From: an uncultured Mycoplasmatota bacterium
GTDB taxonomy: Bacteria > Bacillota_I > Bacilli_A > RF39 > UBA660
Assembly: GCA_937944975.1 (NCBI GenBank)
Contig: CALEBF010000012.1
Coordinates: 103,418 to 167,417 of the forward strand
Length of the DNA: 64,000 nt
Reading direction: 5' to 3'
Under the pieces are notes generated by a model that made no database searches, had not been told where the DNA came from, and was given only the letters and a program-made list of their open reading frames with translations. Of this stretch, positions 27,806-35,016 are shown piece by piece. Both the position numbers and the translations under genes were made by a program. Numbering within the stretch: position 1 is the stretch's first letter; each line of letters opens with the position of its first letter.

Positions 27806-29387
27806 TTTGAAACTCTAAATATTCCTCGTATGTCATCTGTTTATCGATATATCCACCATCTTCTGTAATTTCAATAATACGATTTGCAACTGTTTCAATC
27901 AGTTCCAAGTCGAAACTTGAAAATAGAATAGCACCTGTAAATTTTTTCATTCCGAGATTGAGTGAATGAATCGATTCAATATCTAAATGATTGGTTGGTT
28001 CATCCAATAATAATAAGTTTCCTTGTTCTAACATCATTTTAGCGAGCATGCTACGTACTTTTTCTCCTCCGGATAAGACAGATACTTTCTTTAAACTTTC
28101 CTCTCCTGAAAATAACATACGGCCTAAAAATCCACGAATGAAACTCTCTTCTTGATTTTTAGAATATTGTCGTAACCATTCAACTAAGTTAAAATCACAT
28201 TCGAAATATTTGCTGTGATCTTTCGCAAAATATGATAACTTCACTGTAGTCCCAAACTTGATTGTTCCGCTGTCTGGCTTTTCTTCACCCGCTATTATTT
28301 TAAACAACATCGTCTTTGCCTGTTCGTTCATTCCAACAAATGCAATTTTATCATCTCGACGCACAGTTAAAGAAAAATCTTTTAACAGTACCTTCCCATC
28401 TACAGTTTTGTTTATTTTTTCAAGAGTCAATACTTCCTTTCCAAGTGGTCGCTCTATTTCAAAACTGATAAATGGATACTTCCGGCTAGAAGGAATAATT
28501 TCATCTAATTTTATTTTTTCAAGTGCCTTTTTACGTGATGTCGCCTGTTTTGACTTCGATGCATTTGCAGAAAATCGCTCAATAAATGACTTTAACTCTG
28601 CAATTTTTTCTTCTTTTTTCTTATTAGAATCCCTCATTTGTTTTTGAATCAATTCACTTGATTCAAACCAAAAGTCATAGTTTCCAACAAACATTGTTAA
28701 TTTTTGATAATCGATATCTACCATATGAGTACATACTTTATTTAAGAAATGGCGATCATGACTTACAACAATAACTGTATTTTTAAAATTGATTAAAAAT
28801 TCTTCTAACCACATCTTACTTGCAATATCAAGTCCGTTGGTTGGCTCATCTAAAAGTAAAATATCAGGGTTGCCAAATAACGCACGAGCCAATAATACTT
28901 TTACTTTATCAGTATCTTTTAAATCTCCCATCATTGCTGAATGTAACTCTACAGGCAGTCCCAATCCTGAAAGCAAAATTGCTGCATCGCTTTCTGCCTG
29001 CCACCCATTCTTCGCTTCAAATCTCTCCTCTAACTCACCAGCACGAATTCCATCTGCTTCACTAAAATCTGGTTTTGTATAAATTGCTTCTTTTTCCTTC
29101 ATGATGTCATATAGTTCACTATCCCCCATAATTACCGTTTCCAATACAGGATAAGTATCAAATTCGTTGTGATTTTGCTTTAAAATAGAGATACGCTCTC
29201 CATTTGGGACACTTACTGTTCCTGTTGTTGTTTCAATCTCTCCACTCAATATTTTTAAAAAAGTAGATTTCCCAGCACCATTTGCTCCAATTAATCCATA
29301 ACAATTATCTCCTACAAACTCCATATTGACATTTTCAAATAAAGTTTTCTTTCCGAATCTTAAACTCACATTTTGAACTTTTAACAC
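27786..29387 (-). CDS. ABC-F family ATPase (tandem NBDs, no TMD; translation/ribosome-associated)
   Basis: NBD1 Walker A GANGAGKST, signatures LSGGEK x2, Walker B LLLDEPTN x2, inter-domain linker; NBD2 Walker A degenerate (GMNEQAKT). Confidence 0.8.
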   Translation of the reverse strand: MLKVQNVSLRFGKKTLFENVNMEFVGDNCYGLIGANGAGKSTFLKILSGEIETTTGTVSVPNGERISILKQNHNEFDTYPVLETVIMGDSELYDIMKEKEAIYTKPDFSEADGIRAGELEERFEAKNGWQAESDAAILLSGLGLPVELHSAMMGDLKDTDKVKVLLARALFGNPDILLLDEPTNGLDIASKMWLEEFLINFKNTVIVVSHDRHFLNKVCTHMVDIDYQKLTMFVGNYDFWFESSELIQKQMRDSNKKKEEKIAELKSFIERFSANASKSKQATSRKKALEKIKLDEIIPSSRKYPFISFEIERPLGKEVLTLEKINKTVDGKVLLKDFSLTVRRDDKIAFVGMNEQAKTMLFKIIAGEEKPDSGTIKFGTTVKLSYFAKDHSKYFECDFNLVEWLRQYSKNQEESFIRGFLGRMLFSGEESLKKVSVLSGGEKVRSMLAKMMLEQGNLLLLDEPTNHLDIESIHSLNLGMKKFTGAILFSSFDLELIETVANRIIEITEDGGYIDKQMTYEEYLEFQNEKDNK

Positions 29388-29456
29388 TTTCTCACCTCTT
29401 TTGTTATAGCGATATCATCATATCACACTTCTTGTAAATTGCAAATAAAAAAGGCA

Positions 29457-30044
29457 TTATTTTCTACCTTTTACTTTTTTAGGATGTTCAGCTCCTAAGT
29501 TGCAATCTATTTCGCGTAGTATAATATCCCTAGTCGTGATTAATTTATCCCTTTTCTTTTTTAAACTCCCTATTTTTTTCTGTTGTCTTCGAATTGTAAG
29601 CACACTCTCACATAGACATTTTGTTGATATCAATACTAACGAACTAGAAATAATAGATGCTCCTCGATAAATCGCACATATGCTACAGATAGGAGGTAAG
29701 AGATAAGATAAGTTAATATAAGTTAAATGGATTTGATTAACAACAGAATTTTCTTTTCGGCCATCTTTATAAACTTCTTTTTTTCTTTCACTCATGGCAT
29801 AGCTTGTCGTAAGCGCTATCACGCTTAAACCTTTTAAAGCAACTGCAGTTGAAGGAATCGTGTTGAAATCTTGTAAAACGCAATAGCCAGTTGCAAGGAC
29901 AGTTGCTGTTAAAACACTATAGTATGTCAATTGAAGTTTACGTTCTTCTTTTAACAATTCCTTATATAATTCAATATTTTTTTCATATTTTTTTATATTA
30001 CGATCTAAAATAAGATTTTCTTCCTTTGATTTGTTTTGATCCAT
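29457..30044 (-). CDS. small coiled-coil membrane protein, tandem paralog 1 of 3 (unknown family)
   Basis: ATG 30044 (MDQNKSKEE) with GAGGTGA RBS; shares ATGYxVLxDFN, LKGL, HLTYINL, YRGASIISS-LVLIST motifs with the two upstream paralogs. Confidence 0.6.
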   Translation of the reverse strand: MDQNKSKEENLILDRNIKKYEKNIELYKELLKEERKLQLTYYSVLTATVLATGYCVLQDFNTIPSTAVALKGLSVIALTTSYAMSERKKEVYKDGRKENSVVNQIHLTYINLSYLLPPICSICAIYRGASIISSSLVLISTKCLCESVLTIRRQQKKIGSLKKKRDKLITTRDIILREIDCNLGAEHPKKVKGRK

Positions 30045-30167
30045 ATTTTTCACCTCGACTGGTGTATATTATACCATGTATTCTTTTCACTTACAATTGT
30101 ATCCTATTATAGGATAACATATAAATAAAGAAGATGTAGATACAAAAAAATTAATTCATCACTTGAA

Positions 30168-30734
30168 TCAATTTTTAATTTTTTGTTTCTCCTGATCGAT
30201 TCCCAAACTTTCTAAAATTCTTTTCTTATCTTCTTTCTTTCTGTTAATGATTTCCTGTTTCTCTTTTTCAAGTTCATTTATATTTCTTATAGTAAGTGCG
30301 TTTAAACACATATTATTTGTACTTATCAGTACTAATAAGCTACTCATAATAGATGCCCCACGATTAATTGCATATAAACTGCAAACAGGAGCTAAAAGTA
30401 ATGGCAAATTAATGTAAGTTAAATGTATTTTACTTCTTACTGTTTTTTCCTTCCAAAGTTTCTTGGCTTTACCATTTGTGTTCAACGCATACCATGTTAT
30501 AATTGAAACTGCACCTAATCCCTTTATGGAAATTGAAACTGGAGAACTAATATTAAAATCACTTAACACAAAATAACCAGTTGCTAATAAATTACTAGCA
30601 AAAAAACTGCAGACAATTATCTTCCTTTTTTTACTCTGATCTAATACACCTTCAAACGCTCTAATTTCTTCTTCCGTTTTTTTTAATTCGCAATATAATC
30701 TTTCTTGCTCTTCCCTAGTATTATCTTGTCTCAC
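30168..30734 (-). CDS. small coiled-coil membrane protein, tandem paralog 2 of 3
   Basis: GTG start 30734 with GAGGTGA RBS; motifs ATGYFVLSDFN, IKGLGAVSI, HLTYINL, NRGASIMSSLLVLIST. Confidence 0.6.
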   Translation of the reverse strand: MRQDNTREEQERLYCELKKTEEEIRAFEGVLDQSKKRKIIVCSFFASNLLATGYFVLSDFNISSPVSISIKGLGAVSIITWYALNTNGKAKKLWKEKTVRSKIHLTYINLPLLLAPVCSLYAINRGASIMSSLLVLISTNNMCLNALTIRNINELEKEKQEIINRKKEDKKRILESLGIDQEKQKIKN

Positions 30735-31119
30735 AGTTTCACCTCAATTGATGTTTACTATATCATATGTGTTTTTTCATGTCAATCCAAATCTATCTTG
30801 TCCCTTTGATCTGTATTAACTATTACGCCTTCTTATGGATTCAAGCTTTTATAACTTTCTTTAATTAAAATTATATCATTACTTTTTTCAGTGTTGAAGT
30901 AATCTTTGAGATCTTATAAATCATCGCTACAATTAATATAGCTTACATCAGAGGATAATTTTTGATTGGATTTATCTGATTCCTTATTCCAGCTACTTAC
31001 TATTTCCATTCCAGACATATCATATTTGTTGTTTAAATATGATATAGTTTCTTTTATGTTTACCCATGAAAAAACACCTCTAAAGTTCTTTCTAAATAAA
31101 TTTTATCATATTTCTATAA

Positions 31120-31764
31120 TTATTTAGTGAGAACTTTAAAGGTATTATAATCTTTTCTACTTTTTTTCTGACATACGGGTTCAATATTTAATGATTCCTC
31201 ACTGTCCTGTTCTAATTCTGAACATAATAATCTTTCCCTTAATTCAATACAATTCTTAATTTTTTCATTTGACCTCTTAATAGTCTTGTATTGTTTTTTT
31301 ATTTCTACAATTGTATTACACAAAAAATTTGATGCCCACAGTACTAAACCACTACTTAAAATTGATGCACCATTATATATTGCCCCTGCAACACATAATG
31401 ATTCTAAGAAAAAAGAAGTATTGATATATGTAAAACGAAACTTATGTGATGATGTTTGTTCTATTGTTGATTTTTTTTGAGCCTCTATTTTTTTGACTTT
31501 CAAAACATAACGCGTACCTACTGCAATAGCACTTAATCCCTTCAAAGTGATAGTTGTTGGAGTTACTAATTTGAAATCATTGCATATGCAATAGCCGAGT
31601 GACAACGAAGCAAAAGCTAAAATAGTATACGTTATTTGTTGTTCCCTACGATCCTTTTCAAGCTCTATTTGATCTGAAATGATCATTTTTTCTAAATTTT
31701 TCAACACCATCTTTCGATGGTTTTGTTGCTGTGACCTATATTCATTACTATTACTTTGATTCAT
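31120..31764 (-). CDS. small coiled-coil membrane protein, tandem paralog 3 of 3
   Basis: ATG 31764 (MNQSNSNE) with GAGGTGA RBS; motifs LGYCICNDFK, LKGLSAIAV, FTYINT, YNGASILSSGLVLWAS; shares 21-nt 5' leader AGTAAACATCAATTGAGGTGA with paralog 2. Confidence 0.6.
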   Translation of the reverse strand: MNQSNSNEYRSQQQNHRKMVLKNLEKMIISDQIELEKDRREQQITYTILAFASLSLGYCICNDFKLVTPTTITLKGLSAIAVGTRYVLKVKKIEAQKKSTIEQTSSHKFRFTYINTSFFLESLCVAGAIYNGASILSSGLVLWASNFLCNTIVEIKKQYKTIKRSNEKIKNCIELRERLLCSELEQDSEESLNIEPVCQKKSRKDYNTFKVLTK

Positions 31765-31818
31765 AATAATCACCTCAATTGATGTTTACTTTAACATCAA
31801 TACATTTCTTTGTCAAAT

Positions 31819-33528
31819 TTAATTCACTAATATTAATTGACCATCTTTTTTTACTTGGTATATTTTACTTTTCTGGACTTTCCCTTCTAATGAATCTGGA
31901 ACCTGTCTAAAGTATATATACTCATATCTATCTATTTTGGTTTGATCAAATATTTCTTCAAATGTTATGTGATTTAAATTTTCTTTAGACGTTATATTGA
32001 GATAATATCTAACTTGTCCCTGTTCAGTTTCAAGCAGCAAAGGATCAAAAATCATCACATCGTATTTTTTAGCAAGTTCACCAACTTGATACCACTCTTC
32101 TTCTAATTTATTTTCTCTCTGATCGATCCAATTTAAAACTTGATTATATGGCACAAACAAGCAAAAAATACAAATAAAAATAATATGCTCTCTTGTTGTT
32201 TTTAATTGTGTGAATATTAAAATCATAAAAGCAATAAATACACCATTCATAAAAATTACAATATAGCGTTCATAAGAAGATAGCCGTATCGCTTCATATG
32301 TATCAAATTGAAATAAATACATTAATAACAAGCCAATCGGATATGCAATTGCTCCGCTAATCATGAGAATATTAAAATATTTTAACTTTTTACTATATTT
32401 TAACTTCTGCTTTTGATAAATTCCATAAGCTACTAATATTAGAAGAATGATGATACTGATATAATCTAAAAAAACAGGACTAGTAACAATTTTTAATTGA
32501 AAAAAACTTGTAAAAAACTTAGAGATAATGCCTATTTGCGTTTCAGTCCATTGAAGTGTTATCAAATTTAAGATTTGCTCAAAAGAAATGGCATTTTGAT
32601 GTTGCAAAGGAGTGTGAAACAAAGATAGACAAATACTCCAGCTTAATCGTGATAAAACAACAGCACTCGCCAACATAAAAAATGTTTCCCATTTTCCTAT
32701 TTTTTTTACTTTGATGCAAATCGCCCAATATGCTAAGGCAATCAACGAGAAAAATAGTCCAATATCTTTTAGTAACGTAAGTGTAATAAGTGCTAATACT
32801 AAATTAGCTAGATCAAACCGACTCATACCTTTCTTTATTCTTTGCATCATCCACACCATAATATAGGCAAATAAAACACCGAGCAAGCCATCAACATAAA
32901 TACAATTATAATAACTAATAAATAGCACGGTTGGTACAGCGAGTACAAAAAACAAAGACAGGAAAAAGTTTTTTTTCGTCAATTTTAAAAATGGCAATAT
33001 GAGAGATGCTCCAAACAAATAAAAAGTTATATATAAAATACTCTCGCTAAAAGTTCCACAAATTGACATAAACGTGTATTGCAACAGTGATATAGCAGGT
33101 GGATAAGATGGGTACATAATATAATCCATATGAAACGATAATTGGTGAGAATTCCACATTGCTTTTACAACACTACCCCAATGCTTATATTCATCAATAT
33201 AAGCAATGTGCTTGTTAAAATTAAAAAGTACGATTACTAAAAAAATACAAAAATAAAGCCATAACGTTGGATCATTTATATATTGTTTTAATACTGTCTT
33301 AAAGTTGTGACGAATTTTATAAATTGCATAACATAAAAAACAGAGAAAACATACAAGAAGTGAAAAAAACGCAACTTGTAGGTTATACATCCCCCACACA
33401 TACATCCATAACATAATAAAAAAGAAAGAAAAAGGAATAGTATCTTTCCATTCCTTTCCAAAAGTCACACCAAATGAAAAGGAAAATAAAATTAGAAAGA
33501 AAAATATGAGTAAAAAACAACCTATCAT
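31819..33528 (-). CDS. large polytopic membrane protein, putative GT-C fold glycosyltransferase (YfhO/ArnT/PMT-like)
   Basis: 569 aa, >10 TM, acidic DEY motif in first predicted loop (IAYIDEYKHWG), C-terminal ~100-aa soluble domain; follows a GT2 gene. Confidence 0.45.
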   Translation of the reverse strand: MIGCFLLIFFFLILFSFSFGVTFGKEWKDTIPFSFFFIMLWMYVWGMYNLQVAFFSLLVCFLCFLCYAIYKIRHNFKTVLKQYINDPTLWLYFCIFLVIVLFNFNKHIAYIDEYKHWGSVVKAMWNSHQLSFHMDYIMYPSYPPAISLLQYTFMSICGTFSESILYITFYLFGASLILPFLKLTKKNFFLSLFFVLAVPTVLFISYYNCIYVDGLLGVLFAYIMVWMMQRIKKGMSRFDLANLVLALITLTLLKDIGLFFSLIALAYWAICIKVKKIGKWETFFMLASAVVLSRLSWSICLSLFHTPLQHQNAISFEQILNLITLQWTETQIGIISKFFTSFFQLKIVTSPVFLDYISIIILLILVAYGIYQKQKLKYSKKLKYFNILMISGAIAYPIGLLLMYLFQFDTYEAIRLSSYERYIVIFMNGVFIAFMILIFTQLKTTREHIIFICIFCLFVPYNQVLNWIDQRENKLEEEWYQVGELAKKYDVMIFDPLLLETEQGQVRYYLNITSKENLNHITFEEIFDQTKIDRYEYIYFRQVPDSLEGKVQKSKIYQVKKDGQLILVN

Positions 33529-33532
33529 ATCA

Positions 33533-34225
33533 TCATCTCTTTCCGTTCCACATAATTTTTAAAATTCTCATAGAATCTCGCACAGGTCTAAATGTTGACG
33601 CTTTTTTTTCTTTATAGTAAATTGTTTGGATTGTACACTCTCTTATTTCAATTTTCTTAGTTACCAATTCAATCAAAACCATTAGTGCATATTCAAAACG
33701 TTCCCCTTTTATTTTGCATAACTCCGGAAGCAATTTTATCGGAAACACACGAAGACCAGATTGTGTATCATGAATTTTTTTAGAATAAAGAAAAGAAAAA
33801 ATAGCATTTGTCAATCCATTTGCAAATTTTCTTGTCATTGGTACTTGTTTTGCATTAAAATCCCGAACACCTAAAACAGGAGTTGTCGGAGATTCTAAAA
33901 ATAACTGAGAAACTTTTATCACATCGTCAATTGCATGCTGCCAATCTGCATCCACTGTAATAACTCCTATACACGGAAATTTTTGTTTTAGAATAAACGA
34001 GTACGCTTTTTTTAAGCTAAAACCTTGCCCTCGATTTACTGAATGATGTAATAATATTACATCATCTTTATTTTTTAATTTCGTAAACATAGGCTCACTG
34101 TCCATATGACTCCCATCATTTACAATGATTATTTTTAGAAAGCCTAACTTTTCTAATTCTTCCACGTAAGGGATAAACCTTTTTGGGGGATTATAGGCGG
34201 GAATTATAACAATAAGATCTTTCAT
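33533..34225 (-). CDS. family 2 glycosyltransferase, polyprenyl-phosphate sugar synthase-like (GtrB/DPM1-type, soluble)
   Basis: IIPAYNP...VNDGS...D-A-D (VDADWQH) GT-A fold motifs; 230 aa with no C-terminal TM. Confidence 0.75.
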   Translation of the reverse strand: MKDLIVIIPAYNPPKRFIPYVEELEKLGFLKIIIVNDGSHMDSEPMFTKLKNKDDVILLHHSVNRGQGFSLKKAYSFILKQKFPCIGVITVDADWQHAIDDVIKVSQLFLESPTTPVLGVRDFNAKQVPMTRKFANGLTNAIFSFLYSKKIHDTQSGLRVFPIKLLPELCKIKGERFEYALMVLIELVTKKIEIRECTIQTIYYKEKKASTFRPVRDSMRILKIMWNGKR

Positions 34226-34226
34226 T

Positions 34227-34922
34227 TTAAAGTTTTCTTACACTTTCTATATCGATTGTAAGATATGGACGAATATCCATCCCATAAGAATTAGCACCTA
34301 TAGTGACTATTCCGAAAAATCCTTTTTTTGTCGTATGATTAAAGAAGAAATTCCAACTAAACGCTCCATTAGATTCAAGCGATCTTGTATAAAATCCTCT
34401 AGTATAATAAGGGGAACCAGAATATGTAAACTTATAATCATAATCTGCAATCCAATCCCACCCAATATAATCACCTGTTGGAGGAAAAGTTGCACCCGGA
34501 TTTTTCATTAAAATTAGATTAGTTAGTTCTTCTTTACTGATTAATGTAATATTATAATAATTGGCATATCCTCCTGCTCTTTCAATACTTGATTTCCAAT
34601 TGCTGGTTAACGCTACTAAATTATAATAGACCATAGTATTTTCAAATACTGTTGATGGTGTAGTATTATATGTTGTCCCAACCGCACTATCCGAAAGCAA
34701 TTTTAAATAATCATCATGCACTTCCACTACATGGAATGTAGGCGATAATCCAACAACTTCAACTTGATCACCAATTTCATAAGTTACTGTTTTATGCGCC
34801 GTAATATTAAAGTTTAAAGACGTAGTCAGAACTGAATATCCTATCGTTAAAAAGAGAAGCGCAGAAAAAACAATTCCATATATCAGCTTTTGATTTGTTT
34901 TTCTTTTCCTTATTTTTCTCAT
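34227..34922 (-). CDS. secreted Tyr/Asn-rich protein with N-terminal IGY-anchor motif (paralog family with 13404..14381)
   Basis: Basic N-terminus (KIRKRKTNQK) then ...FLTIGYSVLTTSLNFNIT...; first gene of operon with GT2 and GT-C genes (2-nt gap to GT2). Confidence 0.55.
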   Translation of the reverse strand: MRKIRKRKTNQKLIYGIVFSALLFLTIGYSVLTTSLNFNITAHKTVTYEIGDQVEVVGLSPTFHVVEVHDDYLKLLSDSAVGTTYNTTPSTVFENTMVYYNLVALTSNWKSSIERAGGYANYYNITLISKEELTNLILMKNPGATFPPTGDYIGWDWIADYDYKFTYSGSPYYTRGFYTRSLESNGAFSWNFFFNHTTKKGFFGIVTIGANSYGMDIRPYLTIDIESVRKL

Positions 34923-35016
34923 TGTTTTGCTCTCCTTTGATATCTTTACATCCTCATTATAATTTCATTTTAATTGAAATTGATTTACTTGTCAATTCTT
35001 TGCAACAGCCTATCAA

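Noticed and set aside
30045-30053. GTG-initiated three-codon extensions of the tandem paralogs (track starts 30053 and 31773)
   Set aside because: The GTG is part of the GAGGTGA Shine-Dalgarno. ATG codons 7-8 nt downstream are the likely starts for paralogs 1 and 3. Paralog 2 has only GTG, which is kept.
30915-31070. 15- and 34-codon ORFs in the 385-bp spacer between paralogs 2 and 3
   Set aside because: They are too short and have no similarity to the flanking paralog family. They are noted only as part of the spacer observation.
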